Assembly (NCBI GenBank): GCA_037131675.1
Contig: JBAXQO010000003.1
Location: forward strand, 2,487-66,486
DNA: 64,000 nt
DNA from: a bacterium
GTDB taxonomy: Bacteria; Patescibacteriota; Minisyncoccia; Phycocordibacterales; CAIZIN01
Direction: 5' to 3'
Positions 28,986 to 38,597 of the stretch are shown here, piece by piece. The position numbers and the translations under genes are program-made. Positions within the stretch are counted from its first letter, which is position 1, and every line of letters starts with the position of its first letter. The notes beneath the pieces are model-generated. The model was not told where the DNA came from. It ran no database searches and worked only from the letters and a program-made list of their open reading frames with translations.

Positions 28986-29142
28986 GACATACGTGGTAAA
29001 ATAAATGAAGGTTATTAATTAATCTTAGTAATCAAAAATATGAAAATATCTGGAACATCTTCAACTATTTAAGAAACAGCTCCCATCAGGGAGTTGTTTT
29101 ATAATGGTGGCAAAAACAAATTTTAAATAAGCTTTTACTCAA

Positions 29143-29706
29143 ATGATTTCAGAACTCGATTTTAAAAATGAATTGATACGCAAATTGAGTGTCGAAAAAG
29201 GATGGATTGATGGTGATAAAGAAATTTCAGATGGTAAAAAAGTTGATATTTTGAATCACAGAAAAAAGGTTGCGATTGAGGTCAAAGATGACACAGTCCA
29301 TAAATCAGAAATGCCCTCTCCAGAAAGACCAATAATATGTACCACGACGGATATAGGAAGGATGAATAAGATATTGTCCGACCATATTAAAAAAGCCAGA
29401 ATAAAGTTTAAAAAATATTCTGACTATAAAACAATTTTATTGATTAGGACTGAACATAGAATTATGGATACTGTGAGATATGCAATTGATGGCTTACATA
29501 CTTACACTCAAACTTCTTATATTGGTAGGAGAGGAAAATATAGTGAGCACACACGAGAGAACATTGGGTGTTATATCATATGTGATTCTGATGGAGGTCT
29601 TCATTACATACCAAATCCTCATTGTAAGTTTTCAGAGAATTTAGTTTCAAAAAGAGAAGCTGAGGATATACTGGAACAGTCTCTTGATGAAATTCGTGAG
29701 GTTTAA
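29143..29706 (+). CDS. Hypothetical protein, possible PD-(D/E)XK nuclease fold
   Basis: E..F...KVDIL...VAIEVKD resembles the D...E-x-K active site. Confidence 0.6.
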   Translation: MISELDFKNELIRKLSVEKGWIDGDKEISDGKKVDILNHRKKVAIEVKDDTVHKSEMPSPERPIICTTTDIGRMNKILSDHIKKARIKFKKYSDYKTILLIRTEHRIMDTVRYAIDGLHTYTQTSYIGRRGKYSEHTRENIGCYIICDSDGGLHYIPNPHCKFSENLVSKREAEDILEQSLDEIREV

Positions 29707-29840
29707 AACGGATACTGATGAACAGTTCAATAACAGTTAAAATACGCTGAGGAACAGCCTAAAAACAGCGTAGCAAAGTCGGATAGATTTTTGGGAAGAA
29801 GTGTATTAAAATATGAAGACAACTTAATAATGTTAGAAGT

Positions 29841-29978
29841 AGCCTAAACCAGTGAGAAATTGCTGGCATGGTGAAGAAAGACCAGTAACGATTAAAGAAC
29901 CCATCATATGGGGCGTCGTTACTGGCCTTACTGGGAAACTGGTAAGGAGGGCGAAAGCTCTCACCTATGTGGTGGGCT
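29841..29978 (+). ncRNA. Candidate structured RNA with three GAAA tetraloops, upstream of ORF 30004
   Basis: Six compatible helices, multiway junctions, G-U pairs on the + strand. Confidence 0.65.
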
Positions 29979-30003
29979 TTTTGCTATCTTAATTTAAAAA
30001 ACT

Positions 30004-30618
30004 ATGTTTAATTTTTTTCATAAATTAGGTATTGGAATTGTATCGGCGTTTGTTGCATTTACAGGGTCCTTCCATACAGCTCCTATTGCTGTAACCCAAA
30101 CTGGAACATCCAGTGCTTCAGAAATCGTAGATACTTCTTCTGTTGTCTCTCATGTTCAAAAAGAGGAAACTAAAAAGTCAGCTGCTATAGACAATTCAGC
30201 AGAGATACAAGCACAGGTTCAATTGCAATTAAAAGCTAAAGCAGAACAAGATGCTTTGATTGCAAAACAAAAAGCTGATGAACAAGCTAAGTTGGATGCG
30301 CAAAAAGCTGAAGCGGATAGGGTGGCTCGAATCAACACAATAAAAGCACAGCAAGCCATAGACAGAGCAAATGAAGATGCAAGAAACGCACAGGCTCAAA
30401 TTGACTCACAAAGACAGGCAAAGCAAGAAAAGCTAGATGCTGTTAATTTAAAAATTGCCAATCTAAATGCTAAATATGCTGCAGACATTAAAGCAGCAAG
30501 AAGTGGAGGTGCTACATTGGAGCAGTCAGATGCTTTTGTAAGAGATTTGAATAGTCGTTACACAGCAGATTACGATGCATTACAAGCTGAGTATCAGCAG
30601 ATTCAGTACAGTAATTAA
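30004..30618 (+). CDS. Secreted/anchored coiled-coil protein
   Basis: N-terminal hydrophobic segment; A/Q/K-rich heptads. Confidence 0.75.
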   Translation: MFNFFHKLGIGIVSAFVAFTGSFHTAPIAVTQTGTSSASEIVDTSSVVSHVQKEETKKSAAIDNSAEIQAQVQLQLKAKAEQDALIAKQKADEQAKLDAQKAEADRVARINTIKAQQAIDRANEDARNAQAQIDSQRQAKQEKLDAVNLKIANLNAKYAADIKAARSGGATLEQSDAFVRDLNSRYTADYDALQAEYQQIQYSN

Positions 30619-30623
30619 ATAAG

Positions 30624-31313
30624 ATGGACCAAGCTGAAACAAAAAAAGAAAACCAGCTTTTAAAAAAACTTGAACCGTTGCTGTGGTTTTTCGGTAGGAC
30701 TATAACTTACATTGTTGTTTGGGTTATTTTAAATAGTTGGCTCAACCCAGACACAGCAAATGTTTCTCTGGGTATGCTTACCTTCAATCAATTGTTGTCT
30801 ACGGTATCTTTTTACATAGCTTCTATTTGGTTGATAGTGAAATATTCAAATGGGTTTAGTAAATACTCTGATACAAAAGAGATGTGGTCGAGTGTTGGTT
30901 ACTTGGCTATCATAGGGGTTGTTGTTCTGGTTGGGTATGTTTATTCTTCGGAAAATCCACAAAATAAATATCCTCAAACAGTTGTTCCAGCAAATTCTGG
31001 ATTTCAGAATGTTGCTAAGGACACGCTTGAAAAAACACCCGAACCTGCAAAGACTAAAATGGAACCTAACCAGATACCAGTTCAGGTGATGAAAGTAAAT
31101 AATGGGTTTGCGCTAAAGATACCAAATACGATTTCATCAACTTGTGTTTGGAATTACAATGGGGGAAGCGCTGTTATACCGTACACAAAAACAACACATG
31201 TTGATGACTCAACAGCGTTTCATTATTTGATTCTTGATGGTGACTATTATGATTTTAAAGTTTCTTGCGCTGACAGCTTTGGTAATTCCTACGGCGGAAT
31301 CTTTCCGCAATAA
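30624..31313 (+). CDS. Membrane protein with extracytoplasmic C-terminal domain
   Basis: Three transmembrane segments, then a soluble domain with two Cys. Confidence 0.7.
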   Translation: MDQAETKKENQLLKKLEPLLWFFGRTITYIVVWVILNSWLNPDTANVSLGMLTFNQLLSTVSFYIASIWLIVKYSNGFSKYSDTKEMWSSVGYLAIIGVVVLVGYVYSSENPQNKYPQTVVPANSGFQNVAKDTLEKTPEPAKTKMEPNQIPVQVMKVNNGFALKIPNTISSTCVWNYNGGSAVIPYTKTTHVDDSTAFHYLILDGDYYDFKVSCADSFGNSYGGIFPQ

Positions 31314-31546
31314 TCACTGAGGGTGTTTGTTTTTATGGTTGTGTCGTGTTATAATTCTGGTAAAGAAGGCATCTAGTTTTTTAAAAACACAGTTTCTATT
31401 TAGCGCTCGGAGACGGTTAATACAAATTACCCTTACCTAAGAGCACTGAAATGGTTTACAAAAACCATCTTAGTGTCTTTTTCGTTTGGAATAAAAAAGA
31501 AGGCACAAAAGATGCCTTCTTTTTTATTTGTATTAACCACATAAAA

Positions 31547-31774
31547 ATGCGCTCTATAAAAGCAAGTTATAAAGCTGTGCAAGATAAGAATCCACATCTG
31601 GGTGATTATCTTTGTTTGGCAAAGGCAGTGAGAGGGAAGAAGTATTCAAGAAAGAATCTGGTAAAAGCATTCAAAGATTTGATTGCAAATGAGGACTATA
31701 TAAAAAACGAAACTAAAGAGCTCGTTAGTTATTTAGAGTATCTCACAAATACCCCTGAGGAGGTCGAAAACTAA
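31547..31774 (+). CDS. Small hypothetical protein (ATG at 31547 preferred)
   Basis: Upstream extension of the ORF runs through a terminator hairpin. Confidence 0.6.
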   Translation: MRSIKASYKAVQDKNPHLGDYLCLAKAVRGKKYSRKNLVKAFKDLIANEDYIKNETKELVSYLEYLTNTPEEVEN

Positions 31775-31809
31775 GGCATATTTCGTCTAAGAGGCCATTT
31801 AAAATCAAA

Positions 31810-32007
31810 ATGTTAAGCATAGAGCGTTGCAAAGAAATACTTGGGAATAAAACGATTTCTGATACCGAAATTGAAAAACTTCGGGAGGCGCTTTATGCTG
31901 TGGTCGAAAATGTTGTAGACGATTACGTTTACAGTTGTGTTAATATTCAATCAACATGCAAAAAGCAATTATCTATTGCAGAGTTTCCTCAGAGCGTCAG
32001 AAAATAG
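31810..32007 (+). CDS. Small protein overlapping the recombinase start; candidate directionality/regulatory factor
   Basis: 65-aa helical ORF directly before the recombinase; function inferred from position only. Confidence 0.55.
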   Translation: MLSIERCKEILGNKTISDTEIEKLREALYAVVENVVDDYVYSCVNIQSTCKKQLSIAEFPQSVRK

Positions 32008-33524
32008 AAGGACACGGTTTAGAAAGCCAAGAACATCGATGTCGCGACCTCGCCTTTCAAAAAGGATATGAAGTTGAAAGAGTCTTCAGGGATAGTTTTT
32101 CTGGGGGAGGAGATTACACCAAAAGGCCAGCTATGTCTGAGCTACTTGCCTATATGGACTCCAAGCCATTCAACAGCTATATGGTTATCTTTGATGACTT
32201 AAAGCGACTAGCCAGAGATACAGAGCAGTATATAAAGCTTAAGAGAGCATTGGAGTTACGTCGAGCAAAAGTTGAATGTCCGAATTTTGTTTTTACGGAC
32301 TCTCCTGAAGGGCAGTATGTTGAAACAATAATGGCGGCAACCGCTCAACTTGAACGTGAACAGAATCGAAGACAGGTTATGCAGAAAATGAAAGCAAGGT
32401 TGGAGTTAGGTTATTGGTGTTTTCCAGATGTTCCTGAGGGGTATAAATTCACAAAGGACCCAGTGCACGGGAAGTTGCCAATACTTGTTCTAGAAAAAGC
32501 TTCCATAGTAAAGGAAGCCCTTGAGGGTTTTGCTACAGGTCGGTTTATTGAACAAGAGGACGTTAGAAGATTTCTTCAAGAAAAAAATATCTTGAATGGA
32601 AAACCTGTTTATCTTGAATATGTGAAAAGGATGCTAACAAGAGTATTTTACGCAGGGTACGTTGAATATGCTCCTTGGGAAGTCGCTAGAAGGCAGTCTA
32701 AGCATGAACCGCTAATTGATTTGGTAACCTTTGAAAAGATACAGACCAAGCTCAGAAGTAAAACAACTACTCACACAAAGAAAGTTATTAATGAGGATTT
32801 TCCTTTAAGGGGCTTTGTTCTTTGTGGTGACTGCAAACAGCCTGTTACAGCGAGTTGGAGTAAGGGAAGGAATGGAAAGTTTCCTTATTACCGATGCAAG
32901 ACAAAGGGGTGTTCTGAAAGAAATAAAAGTATACGTAAGAAAACTATTGAAGAAGAGTTTTCCGACATTATAGGAAAGATAAAACCAAGCGAGGAGGTTC
33001 TGAATCTGACTAAAGAAATAGTTGGAGATGTTTGGAGAAAAAGAGAATCTGATTTGGTTATCGGAAAATATCGGTCTGAAACGGAGATAGAAAACCTAGT
33101 AAAAGAGAAGGATAGGTTTTTGGAGTTGTTATCTAGAGCAACTGACAACAATGTGATTTCTGCTTACGAAGAGAAGGTTGCAAAAATATCTGAAAAAGTT
33201 TTGGTTCTAAAAGATTCCTTGATGTCATACGACAAACATAAACCAAACATTGAAACCGCTTTGGATATTGTTTTTGATTTTCTTAAAAACCCTTTAAAAC
33301 AATGGGAGAAGGAAAATATTCACACGAAAAGATTGGTTCTAAAGTTGGTCTTCGAGAAGAATTTGGAATATAACAAAAATAGCGGGTTTGAAACCGCTAT
33401 TCTGTCGCTCCCCTTAAGGGTATTTACCCTCCCAGAGGCTCAAAAATCGTCGCTAGTGGAGATGCGCGGAATCGAACCGCGGTGCAAAAGATTTTTCTCA
33501 ATGAGTCTACAAGGTTTATCGTGA
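31956..33524 (+). CDS. Large serine recombinase (integrase)
   Basis: IYCRVSS catalytic Ser, DDLKRLARD, recombinase domain, zinc ribbon CGDC...YYRC...C, coiled coil. Confidence 0.95.
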   Translation: MQKAIIYCRVSSERQKIEGHGLESQEHRCRDLAFQKGYEVERVFRDSFSGGGDYTKRPAMSELLAYMDSKPFNSYMVIFDDLKRLARDTEQYIKLKRALELRRAKVECPNFVFTDSPEGQYVETIMAATAQLEREQNRRQVMQKMKARLELGYWCFPDVPEGYKFTKDPVHGKLPILVLEKASIVKEALEGFATGRFIEQEDVRRFLQEKNILNGKPVYLEYVKRMLTRVFYAGYVEYAPWEVARRQSKHEPLIDLVTFEKIQTKLRSKTTTHTKKVINEDFPLRGFVLCGDCKQPVTASWSKGRNGKFPYYRCKTKGCSERNKSIRKKTIEEEFSDIIGKIKPSEEVLNLTKEIVGDVWRKRESDLVIGKYRSETEIENLVKEKDRFLELLSRATDNNVISAYEEKVAKISEKVLVLKDSLMSYDKHKPNIETALDIVFDFLKNPLKQWEKENIHTKRLVLKLVFEKNLEYNKNSGFETAILSLPLRVFTLPEAQKSSLVEMRGIEPRCKRFFSMSLQGLS

Positions 33525-33838
33525 TTCGGATGTTTTAGGTTGATAATGCTCTACATCACGCGACATGCATTATCCGCCGATCTCTTATTTTAGTTTAAGC
33601 TCTTCAAAAGAGAAGTGAAGTGCCGAGTCTCACATTATTACACCAATCGTTTTCCGTGAGGCATTGAAAACGTTGACGTCGTTTTAGCTTACGCTAGAGC
33701 GAATTGAAGATCTGCCACACTGTAGTATGGAGATTTCACTGCTGTTTTTGCAGTTAGGGTTTGTGACCTTTTAAAGAGTTATCACAGCTCTACCTTGCAC
33801 AAAGAAAAAAGGTTCCTTTGTCTATGCCGATCATCCCC
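33457..33838 (-). ncRNA. ssrA: tmRNA
   Basis: 5' GGGGATG pairs with CATCTCC-A including G3:U; T-arm GCGGTTCGATTCCGC; tag frame AKTAVKSPYYSVADLQFALA*; directly downstream of smpB. Confidence 0.97.
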
Positions 33839-33842
33839 AATA

Positions 33843-34283
33843 TTATCGTTTCAAAGTTCTACCAAGCTCACGCTCTGTGTCTCGCTTTTTTATTGTCTGG
33901 CGTTTGTCGAATTTCTTTTTGCCACGACCAATTGCGATTTCAAGCTTAAGCTTTCGTCCTTTATTATACAACGAAACAGGCACAATAGTCAAACCCTTTT
34001 CAGAGGTTTTTCTTTCAATTTCATAGATCTCCTTTTTGGTGATTATGAGTTTTCTTGTACGAAGTGGTTGGTATTCTGTAGTGAGGTTGTTGGGCTGGTA
34101 TGGACGTATTTCAAAACCTACAATAAATGCTTCGCCACCACGGAGGAGTATGTGAGCGCCAGCCAGTTCACCTTGCTTGTTTCTCAGACTTTTTACTTCA
34201 GTCCCTGTAAGCTCAATACCGACCTCATATTTATCTATGATTTCGTAGTCAAATGTTGCTTTTTTGTTGAAAATAAGAGACAC
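33843..34283 (-). CDS. smpB: SsrA-binding protein SmpB (GTG at 34283 preferred)
   Basis: NKKATFDY, GIELTGTEVKSLR, RTRKL, GRGKKKFDKR. Confidence 0.96.
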   Translation of the reverse strand: MSLIFNKKATFDYEIIDKYEVGIELTGTEVKSLRNKQGELAGAHILLRGGEAFIVGFEIRPYQPNNLTTEYQPLRTRKLIITKKEIYEIERKTSEKGLTIVPVSLYNKGRKLKLEIAIGRGKKKFDKRQTIKKRDTERELGRTLKR

Positions 34284-34374
34284 AAAGAAAGTGTAACATG
34301 GAGTAGGGAGCTTGTAACGTGAAGAAATGGCCACATTGAGTCCTGTGTTTAATCTGTTATACTTCATAATATAT

Positions 34375-36324
34375 ATGGTAAATAAACCTCAACAGCCTAA
34401 TAAAAAATCACCTCTTAGCAAAGTTCCTAAACCAGGGAAGGGTTTTGCTTCAAATTTAATAACCCTCGTGCTTATATTTCTTTTTATTGGTGCTCTATAT
34501 TCATATATAAGTGAATCAAACAAGAGTAATCCTCAAATACCTATCTCACAGCTTGCGCAGGATATAACTAACGGCAAGATAGCTTCTATTACTGTCTCTG
34601 GTGATGAGGTTCAAGCTACATACAAAGCTGAACAGGGAAAGACAGCAGAAACAAAAAAATCAAAAAAGGAGACGGGAGTAGCGATTACTGAAACTTTGGC
34701 AAAATATGGAATCGCCTCGAGTACACTTCAGTCGGTATCTATAGATGTTAAAGACGAAACAGGATTTATGTATTGGTTTATAACTCTTGCTCCGTTTCTA
34801 CTTCCTATTCTTTTTGTTATATTTTTTCTTTGGTATCTTTCAAGACAAGTAAAAGGTGCTGGTATGCAAGCTTTTACATTTGGTCAGTCAAAGGCAAGAA
34901 TTATTCCGCCAAATGATAAAGGTCAGAGAGTTACTTTCAAAGATGTTGCTGGAGCAAAAGAAGCCAAAGAAGAACTTAAAGAGATTGTGGAATTTTTGCG
35001 AAGTCCAAAGAAATTCTTTGATATCGGTGCAAGAATTCCAAAAGGTATTTTACTTATGGGTGCTCCTGGTACAGGAAAAACATTGCTTGCTCGTGCTGTG
35101 GCAGGGGAGGCAAATGTAGCATTCTTTTCTATTTCTGGTTCAGAATTTGTTGAGATGTTTGTTGGCGTAGGTGCTTCACGTGTACGAGATTTATTTTCGA
35201 TGGCAAAAGCTGCTTCACCTGCAATTATTTTTATTGATGAAATAGATGCTGTAGGACGTACTCGAGGTACTGGTATGGGTGGAGGTAATGATGAACGCGA
35301 ACAAACACTCAACCAGATACTTGTAGAGATGGATGGATTTGAACCAACAGAAAAAGTGATTGTTATGGCAGCAACAAACAGACCGGACGTTCTTGATCCA
35401 GCAATCTTGCGACCAGGAAGGTTCGACAGACGGGTGGTGATTGACTTGCCTGACAGGAGTGATCGTGAAGAAATTTTGAAAATTCATTCTAGAGGTAAAC
35501 CACTAGCTGAAGATGTAAATGTTTCTGTGCTTGCCGAACGCACACCTGGTTTTTCTGGAGCCGATTTATATTCTCTAATGAACGAAGGTGCAATTCTCGC
35601 TGCTCGAGAGGGTCGCACTAAAGTTGCTCAATTTGATTTGATTCGAGCTATTGAAAAAGTAATGCTCGGTCCAGAAAGAAAGAGTCATTTGCTTTCATTG
35701 AAAGAAAAAGAGATTACTGCATACCACGAAGCTGGTCACGCGCTCGTCGCGTCTGTACTTCCGTTTGCTGATCCTGTGCATAAAATTTCCATCATTTCTC
35801 GTGGACGTGCTGCAGGATACACACTCAAACTTCCTTTGGAGGATAGAAAACTTCAATCAAAAAATGAATTCATGGATGATATTGCAATGTCGCTTGGAGG
35901 ATATATTACAGAGAAAATGATATTCGGTGATGTGACAACTGGTCCATCAAATGATTTACAAGTATCGACAGCTCTTGCGCGAGATATGGTAACTCGTTAT
36001 GGAATGTCGGACAAGATTGGTGCGATGGCACTTGAGAGTGCTGGCGGTAAACCACTCTTTGGACAAGGAATGGAAGGAAAAGAATATTCTGAACAAATGG
36101 GCGCAGAGATTGATTCCGAAGTTACTTACATAATGAAAACTGCATACGGAAGAGCGGAAAAGATTTTAATTGAATACAAAGTAGTTCTTGATGCGATTGC
36201 AAAAAAACTGATAGAAGTTGAGACTATTGAAAGGGAAGAGTACGAAGCCTTGATTTCTGCTCATGGAATACCTCTTAAGAAAAAGAAAACTATTGAATCA
36301 GATGTTTTAGAAGTGGTTGGGTAA
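34375..36324 (+). CDS. ftsH: ATP-dependent zinc metalloprotease FtsH
   Basis: Two TM segments, [27 protein letters not shown]. Confidence 0.98.
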   Translation: MVNKPQQPNKKSPLSKVPKPGKGFASNLITLVLIFLFIGALYSYISESNKSNPQIPISQLAQDITNGKIASITVSGDEVQATYKAEQGKTAETKKSKKETGVAITETLAKYGIASSTLQSVSIDVKDETGFMYWFITLAPFLLPILFVIFFLWYLSRQVKGAGMQAFTFGQSKARIIPPNDKGQRVTFKDVAGAKEAKEELKEIVEFLRSPKKFFDIGARIPKGILLMGAPGTGKTLLARAVAGEANVAFFSISGSEFVEMFVGVGASRVRDLFSMAKAASPAIIFIDEIDAVGRTRGTGMGGGNDEREQTLNQILVEMDGFEPTEKVIVMAATNRPDVLDPAILRPGRFDRRVVIDLPDRSDREEILKIHSRGKPLAEDVNVSVLAERTPGFSGADLYSLMNEGAILAAREGRTKVAQFDLIRAIEKVMLGPERKSHLLSLKEKEITAYHEAGHALVASVLPFADPVHKISIISRGRAAGYTLKLPLEDRKLQSKNEFMDDIAMSLGGYITEKMIFGDVTTGPSNDLQVSTALARDMVTRYGMSDKIGAMALESAGGKPLFGQGMEGKEYSEQMGAEIDSEVTYIMKTAYGRAEKILIEYKVVLDAIAKKLIEVETIEREEYEALISAHGIPLKKKKTIESDVLEVVG

Positions 36325-36339
36325 TTCTAGAATTAAAAT

Positions 36340-36373
36340 AAAAAGCCTCTCACAAAATTGTGAGAGGCTTTTT
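36340..36373. terminator. Bidirectional terminator
   Basis: AAAAAGCCTCTCACAA..TTGTGAGAGGCTTTTT between convergent genes. Confidence 0.8.
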
Positions 36374-36376
36374 TTA

Positions 36377-37678
36377 TTACATCCACTCTCTATCTGTAAA
36401 ATATGAAAGTGCATGGATTTTTGGCGGTGTTACATTCTTTCTTACTTCTTTAATTTGATCTATAAAAAGATTTGTAATCAAAAAACGCAATATTCCAGAG
36501 AGTATAAAAATGAGGAAGAATGCATTAATAAATGTTGGTAAATGTATCCGAGTTATAATCAGTCCACCAATTGATGCTCCAATAAAGGCTCCAATTCCGC
36601 TTAATATATTGTGATATGTTACACAAATTGCTCTTCGTTCTGGAGTTACAGCATCGTAAATGAAATTGGATGCTGCAAGAGTAAAAGCTCCCCATCCTAG
36701 TCCAAAAAGAAGTTGTGGAATAAGAGCGAGATAAAATACATTGCTCGAAAAAATCCAGAAAATTGGTGCAGCTATAATAAGGATTGAGCCAATTCTTAAA
36801 AGCTCTTTATTTCCATAATGTTTTGAAAATTTACCCCAGACACCCATTGATATTGTGAGGAAAAGTCCAGATGCAAGACTTACGATTGAAAAAGAGATTG
36901 GATCAAATTTTAATTCTTTCCACATATACACTGCTAAATATGGATTTGCTATATTGATAGTAAATTGTATTGCTGCAACATAAAGGGAGAACTTTCCAAA
37001 GTTATTGAATGGAGCACTTCTCACAAAATCTAACAATGAAAAGTGATAATTGGGAGACATTGTAATCCCAGGGTCGTAATGTTTAGAAAGGAAGTATGCA
37101 GAAATAAGTCTAGATATGCCCGCAATAGAGAATAGAATTATGAAAGTACCAATAAAATTCCAATGCTTTCCATAATAAAGAGCTATTGAGGCCAATATGG
37201 AGGTGCTTAAACTGAAAATATTTGAAATTTTATTACGTCGAGAAAAATATGAATCACGAATATTTTGTGGTACCAAATCTCCCAAAAGAGAAAACCATGC
37301 TGGTCCACCAACAGCGCCGAAAGATGAATAAATAATATAAGAAAAAATAATTGCAGGAATTAAAAAGTTTGATGGGCCATTTTGAATGAACCACCATCCA
37401 ATATATGCAAAGACAAACCACATAGCCGCTTGAAATGGAACAGTGTAGGCAATAATTTTCCTTCGACTATATTTTTCTATAAGCTTGCTTCCGAGAAGTT
37501 GAGAAAGGGGAGAGAGCAAACTTCCTAAAGTGCCAAGAAGTCCTGCTTGCAGATCGCTAGCTTGGAGTTCTATAGCAAATGGCGTTATATAAGAGTCACC
37601 AGCACCTGACATTATGGAGGCTGTTGCTCCGTCAATAATGGAATATTTGCGAGATTTAGATTTTTGAGGATTGTCCAT
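36377..37678 (-). CDS. MFS transporter
   Basis: About 12 hydrophobic helices; GSKLIEKYSRR and GKFSKHYGNK motif-A-like loops. Confidence 0.9.
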   Translation of the reverse strand: MDNPQKSKSRKYSIIDGATASIMSGAGDSYITPFAIELQASDLQAGLLGTLGSLLSPLSQLLGSKLIEKYSRRKIIAYTVPFQAAMWFVFAYIGWWFIQNGPSNFLIPAIIFSYIIYSSFGAVGGPAWFSLLGDLVPQNIRDSYFSRRNKISNIFSLSTSILASIALYYGKHWNFIGTFIILFSIAGISRLISAYFLSKHYDPGITMSPNYHFSLLDFVRSAPFNNFGKFSLYVAAIQFTINIANPYLAVYMWKELKFDPISFSIVSLASGLFLTISMGVWGKFSKHYGNKELLRIGSILIIAAPIFWIFSSNVFYLALIPQLLFGLGWGAFTLAASNFIYDAVTPERRAICVTYHNILSGIGAFIGASIGGLIITRIHLPTFINAFFLIFILSGILRFLITNLFIDQIKEVRKNVTPPKIHALSYFTDREWM

Positions 37679-37771
37679 TGAAGGTGTATTTTTACATGTT
37701 CTGATGAAATAATAAAGCCTTGTTTTCCAAGAAAAAACCGTCCAGGAAATTATGGACGGTTTGAAGGTTTT

Positions 37772-38302
37772 TTAGCCTTCGATTATGGTTCTGGCTGGTT
37801 GGTTTGTGATGAGTGGAGGAAACGCATGTTTGATTTCCTGGAGTTTCCCCCTCAATGCCTTCAGCTGTTTTTTTGTGGTTTTCAGAAAAACATATCCTTT
37901 GAGGTGGACACAAACCACAGTCATGTGATTCGGGTGTTTTCCTTTTTTCTGTTTAATATCGTCATAGCGGAAGGTGTCTCTGCATTTTGACACCACCACT
38001 ATGTAAAATGGGTCAGGACAGATTTGTACCCACCTTAGGACTCTTTGTCGATATTGTTCACTTCTTTTCTCGTGAACAACAGCTCCTCTTCCGAAGAGTT
38101 CGTATCCTCTTGTAAACTCAATGGGTAAAGTTTCCGATTTTAAATGTAGTGGAACGGTGGGAGGATTGAGTTCTGTTTCTTCCCAAGTTATTCCTCCTCC
38201 AAATATTTCTTCAACTGCATTTTTGAACGGTTTCCAAGATTTAATGTGCGTTTGTTTGGAATTTACTGCGACGGGTTTCTTGCATTTTCTAGAGGTGGTC
38301 AT
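37772..38302 (-). CDS. Hypothetical protein
   Basis: 176-aa ATG ORF; no motif. Confidence 0.5.
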   Translation of the reverse strand: MTTSRKCKKPVAVNSKQTHIKSWKPFKNAVEEIFGGGITWEETELNPPTVPLHLKSETLPIEFTRGYELFGRGAVVHEKRSEQYRQRVLRWVQICPDPFYIVVVSKCRDTFRYDDIKQKKGKHPNHMTVVCVHLKGYVFLKTTKKQLKALRGKLQEIKHAFPPLITNQPARTIIEG

Positions 38303-38387
38303 GGTTGTTTATCTCCAATTTTTTTTTCTGGTGGCTATTTTCCCACTTTTTAAATATAAGTCAAGGGGAGAGGATACAGAAGTCTCT

Positions 38388-38454
38388 CTCCTTACAGGAG
38401 CTGTAGTCAGATATAATTTTCTGATGAAAATTTACGCCTCCTTACAGGAGCTGT
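38388..38454. repeat. Two 17-bp direct repeats with internal palindrome
   Basis: CTCCTTACAGGAGCTGT at 38388 and 38438. Confidence 0.8.
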
Positions 38455-38597
38455 CCACTCATTGGATTTTTATTTCACAAGCTCATAAAAATCTCAATGA
38501 GTCTTGCGCTTGGGTCCCACCCCAAGCTCACCCCGCCTCGCGCCGTCGCGCTCCGGCTCGCACCAAAATAAAAACACCCACCCGGGTGTTTTTATTT

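Larger units (their letters stand above)
28232..33460. mobile_element. Integrative element (~5.2 kb) at the tmRNA 3' end, large serine recombinase
   Basis: AGTGGA(C/G)AT direct repeat at 28232 and 33455; joining the flanks rebuilds the GCATCTCCACT/AGTGGAGATGC hairpin; recombinase abuts the tmRNA; cargo genes of unknown function. Confidence 0.85.

Noticed and set aside
33795-34322. 175-aa + strand ORF
   Set aside because: Antisense shadow of smpB and the tmRNA 5' end
38421-38427. Hammerhead ribozyme (CTGATGA)
   Set aside because: No stem II followed by GAAA and no consistent three-stem junction
38388-38454. Mini CRISPR array
   Set aside because: Only two 17-bp repeats, too short for CRISPR repeats, and no cas genes in the window
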